This document shows, piece after piece, positions 1-10,193 of a DNA stretch of 64,000 nucleotides. Each line of letters begins with the position of its first letter. The stretch's first letter is position 1. Source of the DNA: an uncultured Clostridia bacterium (GTDB lineage: Bacteria > Bacillota > Clostridia > TANB77 > CAG-465); the NCBI GenBank assembly GCA_934162655.1, contig CAKPJL010000002.1, positions 20,089-84,088 of the forward strand, read 5' to 3'. Under the pieces are notes generated by a model. It did no database searches. It was given only the letters and a program-made list of their open reading frames with translations, and was not told where the DNA came from. The translations under genes and the position numbers were made by a program.

Positions 1-603
1 GTTATAACAATGGGAAATCATATATATTATAGAAAAGAAATGGCAGAATTATATGACAAGCTTCCAAGACTTCTTATCCCAGCCAATATTACTAACTTAA
101 AAGGAAATGACTATGTAATTGTAGAAAAAAACAACAAAAAAATAGGTGTAATTAACTTAATAGGAAAAGTAAATATTGGTGAAATAAAAGAACAAAATTC
201 AGTAAGCCCATTTGATAAGGCAAAGGAACTTGTAAGTATTTTAAAAGAAAAACAAGTAGACTATATTTTTGTAGATTTTCATGCAGAGGCCACGGCTGAA
301 AAAATAGCTATGGGATATTATTTAGAAGATAGTGTAACATGTGTTTTTGGAACACATACACATGTTCAAACAGCAGATGAAAAAATAATAGATGGAAAAA
401 TGGCATATATAACAGATGTAGGAATGACAGGGCCTGCAAATAGTGTTTTAGGACTTAAAAAGGAAATCGCTATAAGAAGATTTTGTACAGGTGATAAAAT
501 TAAATATGAATGTAGTGAAAACGAAGCTATATTTAATGCTATTATAGTAGAAACTGACGATGAAACTGGTTTGCCGATAAACATTATAAGAATTAATTCA
601 TAA
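1..603 (+). CDS. ymdB: YmdB-like metallophosphoesterase (2',3'-cyclic-nucleotide phosphodiesterase family), 5'-truncated by window edge
   Basis: Near-collinear match to B. subtilis YmdB over motifs MGNH..., IFVDFHAEATAEK, GTHTHVQTAD, YITDVGMTGP. The N-terminal ~65 aa lie outside the window. Confidence 0.8.
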   Translation, partial: VITMGNHIYYRKEMAELYDKLPRLLIPANITNLKGNDYVIVEKNNKKIGVINLIGKVNIGEIKEQNSVSPFDKAKELVSILKEKQVDYIFVDFHAEATAEKIAMGYYLEDSVTCVFGTHTHVQTADEKIIDGKMAYITDVGMTGPANSVLGLKKEIAIRRFCTGDKIKYECSENEAIFNAIIVETDDETGLPINIIRINS

Positions 604-656
604 TTTAGTAACATAAAAGCTTTTTTTATATATTATACATTAGAGGTGTAATATAT

Positions 657-1256
657 TTGAAAGCTTTTTTTGTAAAATTTTATAATTTTTTCTTAGATAT
701 CTACTTAGATGCTAAAAATATTGTAAAAAAAGATCCAGCTGCCAAAAATATATGGTATGTAATTTTTCTATATCCAGGGTACAAAGCGATAATTTCACAT
801 AGAATAGCACATTTTCTTTATAGTCACAAACTAATGTTTTTAGCAAGGGCTGTGTCACAAATAAATCGATTTTTTACTGGGATTGAGATACATCCTGGTG
901 CAATAATAGGAAAAAGGACACTTATGGATCATGGTATGGGAATAGTAATAGGGCAGACTGCAATTGTTGGAGACGATTGTACTATATATCATGGTGTTAC
1001 ACTTGGAGGAACAGGAGAAATAGCTAAAAAGAGGCATCCTACTGTTGGTAATAATGTTTTTATAGGTGCTGGGACTAAAATACTTGGAAACATTACAATT
1101 CATGATAATGTAAAAATAGGTGCAAATTCTGTAATATTAAAAGATGTTGAGGCAAACTCAACAGTTGTTGGAATACCACGGAAAAATAGTAAAGAAAAAC
1201 ATACCATAAACTACTTGTGGTATGTTTCATTATTAATTATCTTAAAACTCCTATAA
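657..1256 (+). CDS. cysE: serine O-acetyltransferase (hexapeptide-repeat)
   Basis: Motifs DPAAKN..., [37 protein letters not shown], left-handed beta-helix repeats. TTG start 8 nt after GAGGTG SD. Only a 53-nt gap from ymdB, so no T-box leader. Confidence 0.8.
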   Translation: MKAFFVKFYNFFLDIYLDAKNIVKKDPAAKNIWYVIFLYPGYKAIISHRIAHFLYSHKLMFLARAVSQINRFFTGIEIHPGAIIGKRTLMDHGMGIVIGQTAIVGDDCTIYHGVTLGGTGEIAKKRHPTVGNNVFIGAGTKILGNITIHDNVKIGANSVILKDVEANSTVVGIPRKNSKEKHTINYLWYVSLLIILKLL

Positions 1257-1696
1257 ATTTGTTCTACTAAAAAAATTCTAAATAATTGATGTGGAAATGT
1301 GAGTTTAGAAAAACAAATATTGTAATCTGCTTTTTTTCTTAAAGTGTCACTTACTCCAAGGCTACCTCCGATTATAAATGAAAGTGTAGAGCTAGTTTGA
1401 AAGGAGTGCTCAATAGTTTTTGCAAGTTCAAAAGAACTATATTCTTTTCCTGCAAGGTCACATAAAAATGTATTAGATTTCCCAATTTTATCAAGTATGT
1501 TTAAAATCCTTTGTGATTCTATTTCCTTTATTTTATTTATTTGCGAGGCACTTGCATTATCTGGTATCTTTTCATCTGAAATCTCTATTATATCTAGTTT
1601 TGCAAATTTGGAAAGTTTTTTTACATATTCATCAAGTACGAGCCTCATAGAATTTTCCTTGATTTTACCAATACAGATTATTTTAATATTTATCAT
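1211..1696 (-). CDS. rlmH: 23S rRNA (pseudouridine1915-N3)-methyltransferase RlmH (SPOUT)
   Basis: Full-length similarity to YbeA/YydA: IGKIKE..., [35 protein letters not shown]. Confidence 0.85.
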   Translation of the reverse strand: MINIKIICIGKIKENSMRLVLDEYVKKLSKFAKLDIIEISDEKIPDNASASQINKIKEIESQRILNILDKIGKSNTFLCDLAGKEYSSFELAKTIEHSFQTSSTLSFIIGGSLGVSDTLRKKADYNICFSKLTFPHQLFRIFLVEQIYRSFKIINNETYHK

Positions 1697-2493
1697 AGTA
1701 CAACATATTCCTCCGAAGAAAGTGACTTAGAAGCAAAATTTAAGTTTATGCAATCTTTATTTATACCATTTTCTTGTAATACAAAATTTATACAGTCTCT
1801 TGCAACATCAATTGTATTATTATTTTCGCTCATATGTGAAATAATATAATTTGAAGTGGAAGGGTTGCTACTGTATAGCGTTGCTATTAGATTTGCCGTG
1901 TCATAATTTGATAAGTGCCCTTTTACTCCTGCAATACGCCTTTTAGTATTAAAAGGATATGGTCCAAATTCTAGCATAGTTTTGTCATAATTTGCTTCTA
2001 AAATTGTGTAGTTAGAATCTTTTAGATGTGACACTACATCATCTGAAATGAATCCTAAATCGGTTGCATATGTTATATGTTTGCCATTTGAAAATATATC
2101 ATATCCACATGGGTATATTGCATCATGTGAAGTTTCAAATGGAATTATTTCAAGATCTAGGACTTTAAATCTTTGTTCGTAGTCTACTTTTATAATCTTT
2201 GATTTAATATTTTGTTCATTTAAATAATTTTCTAAATAGTCAGCTGTCTTACCACAAGCATATATTGGGATATCATTTTTTCTACATAGAAGGGGTAGCC
2301 CTTTAATGTGGTCAATATGTTCATGTGTTATTAATATAGCTTTTATATCTGAAATGTCTTTATTTATACTTTTTAGTCCAGTAATTATTGCTTTATATGA
2401 AACACCGACATCGATTAAAATGTCGGTTTTATTAGAACAAATATGAAACATATTTCCAGAGCTAGAACTATAAAGTGGATGTATTGTTATCAT
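1693..2493 (-). CDS. yycJ: MBL-fold metallo-hydrolase, YycJ/WalJ-like
   Basis: THEHIDH metal-binding motif and N-terminal SSSGN...DVG. 4-nt overlap with rlmH start. yycJ-rlmH adjacency is conserved in Bacillus. Confidence 0.75.
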   Translation of the reverse strand: MITIHPLYSSSSGNMFHICSNKTDILIDVGVSYKAIITGLKSINKDISDIKAILITHEHIDHIKGLPLLCRKNDIPIYACGKTADYLENYLNEQNIKSKIIKVDYEQRFKVLDLEIIPFETSHDAIYPCGYDIFSNGKHITYATDLGFISDDVVSHLKDSNYTILEANYDKTMLEFGPYPFNTKRRIAGVKGHLSNYDTANLIATLYSSNPSTSNYIISHMSENNNTIDVARDCINFVLQENGINKDCINLNFASKSLSSEEYVVL

Positions 2494-2508
2494 TTTTTAA
2501 CCTCTTAA

Positions 2509-3777
2509 TTATTTTTCATCTTTTATGTATTTTATATCTGCACCAAGTGCTTTAAATTTTTCTACTATGTCTTCATAACCACGTAAGATATGGTAAATAT
2601 CTGTAATTTCAGTTGTCCCATTTGCTACAAGGCCTGCTATTATCATAGCAGCACCTGCTCTTAGATCATGACACTTCACAGGAGCACAAGAAAGTCTTTC
2701 AACTCCACGTACCACAGCTGTTTGTGAGTGAGCAGATATATCTGCTCCCATTTTTGCAAGTTCATCAGTATATTGAAAACGCGATTCCCATATATTTTCA
2801 ACAATCATTCCAGTACCATCTGAAATACTAAGAAGCACACATATTTGTGGTTGCATATCAGTAGGAAAGCCAGGATATGGCATAGTCTTGACACTAAATG
2901 ATGTAGGACGCTTATTCATTTTTACTCTAACACTGGTAGGTGACTCTATAACTGTTGCACCTGCTTCCCTTAGTTTTGCAGTAATTGGTTCTAAATGCTT
3001 AGGAATACAATTTTCTATTAGTATGTCACCTTTTGTCGCTGCCGCTGCAACCATAAAAGTTCCAGCTTCAATTTGGTCTGGAATTATAGAGTAGCTAGAT
3101 TTTTGATTAAGACTTTCGACTCCAACTATTTTTATGCTATCTGTTCCAGCACCTTTTATTTTTGCTCCCATTGAATTTAGGAAGTTTGCAAGATCTACTA
3201 TATGTGGTTCCTTGGCTACATTTTCTAGAACTGTAATACCATCTGCAAGAGTAGCTGCAAGCATTGCATTTATTGTTGCACCAACTGATACCACATCAAA
3301 AAATATTGAAGTGCCACGAAGTTTTCCCTTTTTTGTAGCATAAACATTTCCATTTTTCACTTCAACTGATGCACCAAGTTTTTCTAAGGCTTTTATATGT
3401 TGATCTATTGGTCTTGCACCAAGGTTGCACCCGCCAGGAAGACTAATTCTTACATCATCAAAGTTATTAATTAGTGAGCCTAGTAGGTAGTAAGATGCTC
3501 TAAATTTACTAGTAAGTTCATAAGAAGCAATGGCAGTATTTACATTTGAATTATCTATAATAAATTCATTTTTATTAATGTATGTTATATCTGAACCAAG
3601 AGATTCTAAAATCTTTAAATATGCTCTTATGTCAGAGATATCTGGTACATTTTCTAAATGACATTTTCCTCTTACAAGTAAAGTGGCAGGAAGTATTGCA
3701 ACAGCAGCATTTTTAGCTCCGCTAATGCATACAGTTCCTTTAAGTGATGATGGGCCATTTACAATAAATTTTTCCAT
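2509..3777 (-). CDS. murA: UDP-N-acetylglucosamine 1-carboxyvinyltransferase
   Basis: 422 aa with MurA signature along full length (EPSP-synthase fold, K/C active-site region). Confidence 0.9.
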   Translation of the reverse strand: MEKFIVNGPSSLKGTVCISGAKNAAVAILPATLLVRGKCHLENVPDISDIRAYLKILESLGSDITYINKNEFIIDNSNVNTAIASYELTSKFRASYYLLGSLINNFDDVRISLPGGCNLGARPIDQHIKALEKLGASVEVKNGNVYATKKGKLRGTSIFFDVVSVGATINAMLAATLADGITVLENVAKEPHIVDLANFLNSMGAKIKGAGTDSIKIVGVESLNQKSSYSIIPDQIEAGTFMVAAAATKGDILIENCIPKHLEPITAKLREAGATVIESPTSVRVKMNKRPTSFSVKTMPYPGFPTDMQPQICVLLSISDGTGMIVENIWESRFQYTDELAKMGADISAHSQTAVVRGVERLSCAPVKCHDLRAGAAMIIAGLVANGTTEITDIYHILRGYEDIVEKFKALGADIKYIKDEK

Positions 3778-4189
3778 ATATATTAAACCTCCTAAACGGT
3801 AAATAACTAAAAAAAGTATATCATATTGTTATCAAAAAAACAACGATTTTTGTAATAATATGACACAAATTATTTGTAAAAAAATGTATTACAAAATCCT
3901 TTTATATTATTGGTTAAGCTAGTAAGACTGTTTTCTATTGATGTTACATTTTTGAAAAGATAAATATCTTTTGTTGTTACATAATGTGATTTATTAAGCG
4001 GTAATTTAAAATTTGTATTACATAGAAGGTAATTTATAAGAGTGTTTTTATTTATCAAATGGTATCACCTCCATACTACATTATATGAAAATTTTCTAAA
4101 AAATTAAATAAAAGCTTGTTTTTTTATTTTCTATATGTTAAAATAAATAGGTAATTGAAAAAACTTAATTTTTAGGTAGGTGAAAATAA

Positions 4190-4390
4190 ATGAAAAAAGA
4201 TATACAACCAGATTATAAAAAAGCTACTATAAAATGTGCTTGTGGTAATGTTATAGAAACTGGTTCTGTAAAAGAAGAAATGAAAGTTGATACATGTAGT
4301 GCTTGTCATCCATTCTTTACTGGTCAAAAACAATCTATATCTAGCCAAGGTAGAGCAGCTAAATTTATGGAAAAATATGGTAAAAAATAA
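4190..4390 (+). CDS. rpmE: 50S ribosomal protein L31 (Zn-ribbon type)
   Basis: 66 aa with MKKDIQP start and CxC...CxxCHPF cysteines typical of C+ L31. RBS GGTGA upstream. Confidence 0.9.
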   Translation: MKKDIQPDYKKATIKCACGNVIETGSVKEEMKVDTCSACHPFFTGQKQSISSQGRAAKFMEKYGKK

Positions 4391-4403
4391 GATAAAATTT
4401 TCT

Positions 4404-4430
4404 GAGGTACTCTTTTGGTGCCTCTTTTTA
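4404..4430 (+). terminator. rho-independent terminator after rpmE
   Basis: 7-bp stem gaggtac/gtgcctc (one G-U pair), 7-nt loop, then TTTTTA. Confidence 0.5.
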
Positions 4431-4447
4431 CTTATATTAGGAGTTAT

Positions 4448-5317
4448 ATGAAATTAAAAGAAATAAAAGGCAAGATAACTTGCTATTTAAGGAAAAAAAG
4501 AGTAGAAGACTATGATATTTTAGATATATATAAAATCATAGCACATGTATTAAAACTTGATCTAAATACACTTATTTTATTAAATAGTAGTGATGGTAAT
4601 AAAGTTATAGAAGAAAAAGAACTAAAAGAAATATTAAATATTGTAGATTTAATATATTTAAAAAATGAGCCATTGCAATATGTATTAAACGAAGCATATT
4701 TTTATAATGAAAAATATGTATTAGATGGAAAAGTTTTAATACCAAGACAAGATAGTGAAATTTTAGTAGAAGAGGCAATAAAGCTAATAAACAAAAATAA
4801 TTTTAAATCAATGCTTGATATGTGTACCGGCTCTGGATGTATTGGAATATCAATATCAAAAAATTCTAGCATATCTGAAGTTTTAATGATAGATATATCA
4901 CAAGAGGCAGTAGAGGTAGCTAAAAAAAATGTTAAGATAAATAATGCAAAAAAATGCAAGGTGCTACTTAGTGATTTATTTTCTTCTTTAAATAATGAAA
5001 AAAAGTTTGATATTATTGTTTCAAATCCACCATATATAAAAACATCTTTTATAGATTTGTTAGATGAAAATGTAAAAAAAGAGCCACATATTTCTCTTGA
5101 TGGAGGAGAAGATGGCTTGGTGTTTTATAGAAAAATTTTAAATGATGCAAAATATTATTTGAATGATAATGGTTATATATTATTTGAAATTGGCTATGAT
5201 CAAGCAGAAGATATTAAAAAAATTATATCAGAATTTAAATTTTATGATATAATAGGTATTGTAAAAGATTATCAAAGAAATGATAGGGTGGTTATATGTC
5301 GTTTTCATCTGAAATAA
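4448..5317 (+). CDS. prmC: release-factor glutamine N5-methyltransferase PrmC/HemK
   Basis: NPPY motif (IVSNPPYI) and SAM-binding DMCTGSGCIG. Start taken at ATG 4448 after AGGAG, although the ORF track opens at 4415. No prfA upstream, which is unusual. Confidence 0.8.
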   Translation: MKLKEIKGKITCYLRKKRVEDYDILDIYKIIAHVLKLDLNTLILLNSSDGNKVIEEKELKEILNIVDLIYLKNEPLQYVLNEAYFYNEKYVLDGKVLIPRQDSEILVEEAIKLINKNNFKSMLDMCTGSGCIGISISKNSSISEVLMIDISQEAVEVAKKNVKINNAKKCKVLLSDLFSSLNNEKKFDIIVSNPPYIKTSFIDLLDENVKKEPHISLDGGEDGLVFYRKILNDAKYYLNDNGYILFEIGYDQAEDIKKIISEFKFYDIIGIVKDYQRNDRVVICRFHLK

Positions 5318-6039
5318 AAGGAGAAATACTAAAAAAATTTAATTTAAGTAAAAAGAATAATTGCTGTATTGGTTCTGAAAGGTTTGGAGAATATCTAACA
5401 ACTACACCAAAAAAACAAAACCTTGAGGAAAACTTTAATGACTATTTTGATATTGCTAAGTTAAATGAATGCTGTATAAAATCTATTATAAAAGGAGCTT
5501 TTTTAAGTTCTGGGTGCATTACATCGCCTCAAAATAATTATCACTTTGAAGTTGCTTTTAAAAATAAAGCTTGTGCAGAATTTTTTCTTAGTTTACTTTC
5601 ACTTTTGGAATTTACACCAAAATTAATAAAAAGAAAAGGATCAAATCAATATGTTGTATATATAAAAGAAGCTGAACAAATATCAACAATTTTGTCATTT
5701 ATGGAAGTAACATCGGCCCTTTTAAAATTTGAAAATATAAGGATAGAAAAAGATCTAAAAAATAATATAAATAGAACAATTAATTGTGAAACTGCAAATC
5801 TTTCCAAAACAATTGAAGCGTCTGTAAGGCAAGTTGAAGCAATTAATATTTTAAAGAAAAATGGAAAATATAAAAATTTGAATGATAAATTAAAGTTAGT
5901 GGCGGAGTATAGACAAAAATATCCAAATGAAAGCATAGAATTTTTAAGTGCTAAGATATCTAAAAAAGAAAAGATATCAAAATCAGGTGTCAAACATAGA
6001 CTTGATAAGATAATTGAAATATCTAAAAATAATAAGTGA
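5296..6039 (+). CDS. whiA: sporulation/cell-division regulator WhiA (short form)
   Basis: MSFSSE N-terminus, NCETANLSKTI motif and C-terminal HTH (SKSGVKHRLDKI) match WhiA/YvcL. 247 aa is shorter than the typical ~310 aa. Confidence 0.8.
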   Translation: MSFSSEIKGEILKKFNLSKKNNCCIGSERFGEYLTTTPKKQNLEENFNDYFDIAKLNECCIKSIIKGAFLSSGCITSPQNNYHFEVAFKNKACAEFFLSLLSLLEFTPKLIKRKGSNQYVVYIKEAEQISTILSFMEVTSALLKFENIRIEKDLKNNINRTINCETANLSKTIEASVRQVEAINILKKNGKYKNLNDKLKLVAEYRQKYPNESIEFLSAKISKKEKISKSGVKHRLDKIIEISKNNK

Positions 6040-6041
6040 AT

Positions 6042-6614
6042 CTATAAAGACTCACTTATTATTTTTTCTATATATTCTAAATTGATTTTATTGTTGGAAG
6101 AAAAAGGCACTATTTCTTCTTTTGAAAAAAGTCTTTTTGTTATATTTAGACAATAGTCATTTAGTTTAGTTTTTGCAATTTTATCAGCTTTATTTGCAAT
6201 AATAGTAAATGGTATATTTTGTGCAATTAACCATTCATACATTGTTTTATCATCTTCTGTTGGATTATGTCTTATGTCGACTAAGAAAAAAATATGCTTT
6301 ATTAATTCATTTTCTGTTATATATTTATTAATTAGTTTGTTTGTTATATCTTTTTCTTGTTTTGTCATTTTTGAGAAACCATAACCTGGTAAGTCTACTA
6401 TATAAAAAGTGTTATCTACTAAATAATAATTTAAGCACTTTGTCTTTCCGGGTGTTTGACCTACTTTTGCAAGATTTTTATGATTTGCAAGTGCATTTAT
6501 AAAAGAAGATTTACCTACATTAGATTTGCCAACTAAAACAATTTGAGGGACTTCTGTTTTTAATATTTTATCTTTTGAAAAAACGGAAGTTTCAAATTTT
6601 ACATTTTTTAACAT
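6042..6614 (-). CDS. engB: ribosome-biogenesis GTPase YsxC/EngB
   Basis: G1 GKSNVGKSS, G3 DLPGYG, G4 NKADK. Confidence 0.85.
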   Translation of the reverse strand: MLKNVKFETSVFSKDKILKTEVPQIVLVGKSNVGKSSFINALANHKNLAKVGQTPGKTKCLNYYLVDNTFYIVDLPGYGFSKMTKQEKDITNKLINKYITENELIKHIFFLVDIRHNPTEDDKTMYEWLIAQNIPFTIIANKADKIAKTKLNDYCLNITKRLFSKEEIVPFSSNNKINLEYIEKIISESL

Positions 6615-6715
6615 ATTTATACCTCACATTAACTCTATAAATAGTATATCATAGTATTTAAAAAAAATAAACAAAAAACAGCTAATCAAAAAAATTAACT
6701 GCTTTTTTATATACT

Positions 6716-8002
6716 CTATTTTTTTGTTTCTATCTTCGTTTTTCCACCCATATAAGACTGAAGAGCTTTTGGAATTAAAATAGAACCGTCTTTTTGATAA
6801 TTATTCTCAATTACAGCAATAAGTCCACGAGGAGAAGCAACTACTGTATTGTTTAGTGTTGATACCAAATAGTTACCATTTTCACCTCTTGCTTTTATTG
6901 AAAGTCTTCTAGCTTGGGCATCACCAAGAGTAGAGCAAGAACCAACCTCGAAATATTTTTTTTGTCTAGGAGACCATGCTTCAACATCACAAGATTTTAC
7001 TTTTAAATCTGCAAGATCGCCACTGCAACATTCAAGTGTTCTTACTGGTACATCTAAGCTTCTGAAAAATTCTACTGTGTAAGACCACATTTTATTATAC
7101 CAAGTCATAGCATCTTCTGCTTTGCATAGTACAACCATTTCTTGCTTTTCAAATTGATGTACTCTATAAAGTCCTCTTTCTTCAAGACCATGAGAGCCAA
7201 CCTCTTTTCTAAAACATGGAGAATAAGAAGTAAGACAAATAGGAAGACTTTCTTCTTTTACAGTTTGTCCTTTAAATCTGCCAATCATAGAGTGCTCAGA
7301 TGTACCTATTAAGTATAAATCTTCATTTTCTATTTTATACATCATAGCATCCATTTCTTCAAAACTCATAACACCTGTTACAACATCACTTCTAATCATA
7401 AATGGTGGAACACAATATGTAAATCCTTTATCTATCATAAAATCTCTTGCATAAGATAACATAGCAGAATGAAGTCTTGCTATATCACCAGTTAGAAAGT
7501 AAAATCCATTTCCACTAGTTCTGCCAGCACTTTCTTTATCAAGACCACATAGGCTCTCACAAATGTCTGCATGATATGGTATTTCATAGTCTGGCACAAA
7601 AGGCTCTCCAAATTTTTGATTCTCTACATTTTTTGTATCATCTTCGCCAATCGGAACAGAAGAGTCAATAATATTTGGAATTTTCATCATTTTTGATTTA
7701 AGATCAGCTGATAAATTTGCCTCTTTATTTTCTATATCAACAAGTAATTTGTTTATATCCACAACTTCTTGCTTTTTTGTATTTGCTTCATCTATTTTTT
7801 TATCGTGCATTAAGGTGCCAATTTCAGAGCTTATAGTGTTTCTTTTTTGTCTTAGGCTGTCGCCTTCTTGTTTTAAAGCTATAATCTCTTTATCAAGTGC
7901 TATAACTTCGTCTACTAGTGGGAGTTTGTGCATTTGAAATTTTTTTACTATATTTTCTTTTACAATATCTGGATTGTCACGTACAAATTTTATATCTAAC
8001 AT
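6716..8002 (-). CDS. serS: seryl-tRNA synthetase
   Basis: 428 aa with N-terminal coiled-coil arm and class II aaRS core. MLDIKFVRDNPD start is typical of SerS. Confidence 0.9.
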   Translation of the reverse strand: MLDIKFVRDNPDIVKENIVKKFQMHKLPLVDEVIALDKEIIALKQEGDSLRQKRNTISSEIGTLMHDKKIDEANTKKQEVVDINKLLVDIENKEANLSADLKSKMMKIPNIIDSSVPIGEDDTKNVENQKFGEPFVPDYEIPYHADICESLCGLDKESAGRTSGNGFYFLTGDIARLHSAMLSYARDFMIDKGFTYCVPPFMIRSDVVTGVMSFEEMDAMMYKIENEDLYLIGTSEHSMIGRFKGQTVKEESLPICLTSYSPCFRKEVGSHGLEERGLYRVHQFEKQEMVVLCKAEDAMTWYNKMWSYTVEFFRSLDVPVRTLECCSGDLADLKVKSCDVEAWSPRQKKYFEVGSCSTLGDAQARRLSIKARGENGNYLVSTLNNTVVASPRGLIAVIENNYQKDGSILIPKALQSYMGGKTKIETKK

Positions 8003-8004
8003 AA

Positions 8005-8574
8005 TTAATCAATCTCCTTAGTTTCATCATCTAAATATTCATTTTTAGTATCTACTGTCATAAGTGAAAGTAGTGTTTTATAAATTGTTTCAGAATTTTC
8101 GTTCCAGTTTTTTGAAATGTTTTTGGCTTGATTTTTAGTTCCGGCATACATTGTGATATTTATTAGCTCATCTGTACCATCTTTAATAAAGCAAGAAATT
8201 TTATATTCGTCAGCTTTTAGTGGAATAATATTAGTACCGATAGAATAATCTGTTTTAATCTCTACGGTGTTCTTATTTATCATTTTTTTTAAGTTATATA
8301 AGTTTACACCAGGTATTAATTCTAAAAGTTCACTAAGTGTAGCAGACCCAGTATCAGTGATTAAAAAAAGTTTATTATCATTTTCTTGTAATTCTTCTAT
8401 GTATCCACTTTTTTTCATAGAATCAATATAAGAGCAAATATCAAAATATGTAATATCGTCAAATTCTTCTAAATACTTAACAATTTGATCAAGAGTAAGC
8501 GATTTAGGATAAGAATTTTGAAGAACATACAAAACTATTATTTTATTGTCTAGTAAATTTAAATCTTTTGCCAT
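8005..8574 (-). CDS. hypothetical protein, translationally coupled to serS
   Basis: 189-aa ORF with coding-like composition. Its stop is 2 nt before the serS start. No recognisable catalytic motif, although the N-terminal region could be a winged-helix. Confidence 0.5.
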   Translation of the reverse strand: MAKDLNLLDNKIIVLYVLQNSYPKSLTLDQIVKYLEEFDDITYFDICSYIDSMKKSGYIEELQENDNKLFLITDTGSATLSELLELIPGVNLYNLKKMINKNTVEIKTDYSIGTNIIPLKADEYKISCFIKDGTDELINITMYAGTKNQAKNISKNWNENSETIYKTLLSLMTVDTKNEYLDDETKEID

Positions 8575-8668
8575 AAATTAACCACCAACTTTTCTTAAAA
8601 AAACTTTACAAAATCCAATGCTTATGATATCATACTTTTGTAAAAAAATAAAGGGGAAGTGGTAAAAA

Positions 8669-9349
8669 ATGCTAAATTTTAAGAAAAATATTATAGTTGC
8701 AATTGATGGTGGACCAGGAACTGGTAAATCTACCGTTTCAGATTATGTTGCAAAAAAATTAGGAATACTACATATAGATACAGGTGCAATGTTTAGGGCA
8801 GTTGGATACTTTTTTATTAAAAATAATATAGATATGACAGATGAAAATATAGTAAATAATCTAGAAAATATAAATGTTAATTTAAAATATATAGATGGTA
8901 AAACTTATGTGTTTTTAAATGAATGTGATGTAACTGACTTTATTAGAACAAATGAAGTTTCAATGGCTGCATCAAAAGTTTGCAAAATAAAAGAAGTTAG
9001 AAAAAAACTTTTGGAGCTTCAAAGAAATATGGCAACTACTACTTCTGTAATACTTGACGGACAAGATATTGGTACAGTAGTTTTCCCAAATGCAGACTTT
9101 AAATTTTATTTTGTGTGTTCAATGGAAAAAAGAGCTAAAAGAAGAACACAAGATTTACTAAAAAAAGGAGAAAAAACTAGTTACGAGGAAGTAAAGGCAC
9201 TGCTTGAAAAACGAGATTTTGATGATAGAACAAGAAAAGAGGCCCCAATTTTGAAAGCAATTGATGCTACTGAAATTGATACTACAAATAATACAGTAGA
9301 AATTACAGGCGATATTTTAATAGATATAATTAAAAAAGGAGTAAAATAA
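8669..9349 (+). CDS. cmk: cytidylate kinase
   Basis: P-loop IAIDGGPGTGKST and CMP-binding region. 226 aa. Confidence 0.9.
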   Translation: MLNFKKNIIVAIDGGPGTGKSTVSDYVAKKLGILHIDTGAMFRAVGYFFIKNNIDMTDENIVNNLENINVNLKYIDGKTYVFLNECDVTDFIRTNEVSMAASKVCKIKEVRKKLLELQRNMATTTSVILDGQDIGTVVFPNADFKFYFVCSMEKRAKRRTQDLLKKGEKTSYEEVKALLEKRDFDDRTRKEAPILKAIDATEIDTTNNTVEITGDILIDIIKKGVK

Positions 9350-9355
9350 AAAAAT

Positions 9356-9943
9356 ATGAGAGCATTTGTTAGATTTTGCATATACATCGGATGGTGTAAA
9401 ATTAAGTATAATGTAAAATTTCACAATAGGCAAAATGTAAGAAACTTAGATAAATGTATGATATGTGCAAATCATTCAAATAAAGATGAACCGGCATGGC
9501 TTTATGCGGATAACAATCATCTATGTATAATGGCAAAAGCCGAACTTTTTAAAAACAAATTTATGGCATTTTTATATAAATGCTTTGGTATCTTTCCAAT
9601 AAGAAGGGGAGAAAAAGATGTAAAAAGTATAATGCATGCAATAAATTTGTTTAAGAATGTAAAGAGAAGAAAGCTACTAATATTTCCAGAAGGTGAAAGA
9701 TTAACAAAAGAAGAGAAAAAAGGAGAGGCAAAAGTTGGACCTGTATATATTGCAGCAAAGGCAGGAATACCAATTGTACCAACATATATTACAAAAAATG
9801 TTGATAAACATAGTAGAGTAGATATAATATATGGTACTCCTATAAATGTACCAAAGGAAGTAATTAAAGATAAACAAAAACTAAAGGAGTTTTCAGATAG
9901 CCTTTTGGATACTATATATGAATTAGAAAAAGAAATTAGATAA
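9356..9943 (+). CDS. plsC: lysophospholipid (1-acyl-sn-glycerol-3-phosphate) acyltransferase-like
   Basis: NHSNKDE (HX3-4D-type) and FPEGER motifs, VGPVYIAAKAGIPIVP block. Confidence 0.65.
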   Translation: MRAFVRFCIYIGWCKIKYNVKFHNRQNVRNLDKCMICANHSNKDEPAWLYADNNHLCIMAKAELFKNKFMAFLYKCFGIFPIRRGEKDVKSIMHAINLFKNVKRRKLLIFPEGERLTKEEKKGEAKVGPVYIAAKAGIPIVPTYITKNVDKHSRVDIIYGTPINVPKEVIKDKQKLKEFSDSLLDTIYELEKEIR

Positions 9944-9972
9944 TGTTTAAAAACTTTTAATATAATTATTAT

Positions 9973-10001
9973 TTGATATAGTGACACTTGTATGGTATAA
10001 T
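9973..10001 (+). promoter_or_regulatory. sigma-A promoter (TTGATA, 17 nt, TGgTATAAT extended -10)
   Basis: -35 ttgata at 9973-9978, 17-nt spacer, -10 tataat at 9996-10001 preceded by TG. Drives the small ORF at 10050. Confidence 0.55.
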
Positions 10002-10049
10002 CCTAAATGTTAAAAATTAAGCCAAAATGTAATTACAGGAGGAAAAATT

Positions 10050-10139
10050 ATGGCAGAAACAAAAAATTGTTTGTACACAAGTTTGTATCTTACAATTGCA
10101 GAAAATGAAGAGTTTCCTGCAAAATTTGGAAAGGCATGA
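10050..10139 (+). CDS. 29-aa small ORF (MAETKNCLYTSLYLTIAENEEFPAKFGKA) with strong SD
   Basis: AGGAGG 7 nt upstream of ATG. In the same frame as the downstream 162-aa ORF, separated only by one TGA. Not in the ORF track because it is below the size cutoff. Confidence 0.3.
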   Translation: MAETKNCLYTSLYLTIAENEEFPAKFGKA

Positions 10140-10193
10140 TATAACGAATGCAAAGATCATCTTTATTGCTATTGTTGTAGGTTTTTAAGTCAT

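Noticed and set aside
604-656. T-box leader upstream of cysE
   Set aside because: The spacer is only 53 nt and has no T-box consensus. cysE appears co-transcribed with ymdB.
3870-4058. 62-aa minus-strand ORF in the 410-nt murA-rpmE intergenic region
   Set aside because: Low-complexity N/K/T-rich sequence and no RBS. It is an AT-rich random ORF. I also saw no riboswitch-like structure or Zur box in this spacer.
9517-9987. 156-aa minus-strand ORF overlapping plsC
   Set aside because: It is antisense to a gene with recognisable acyltransferase motifs. Its hydrophobic low-complexity translation has no RBS.
10137-10139. In-frame TGA as a selenocysteine codon
   Set aside because: There is no convincing SECIS-like stem-loop in the 40 nt downstream (only a 5-6 bp aaagat/atcttt mini-hairpin). 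There is no CxxU/UxxC redox context. I kept it only as readthrough or pseudogene alternatives in the finding.
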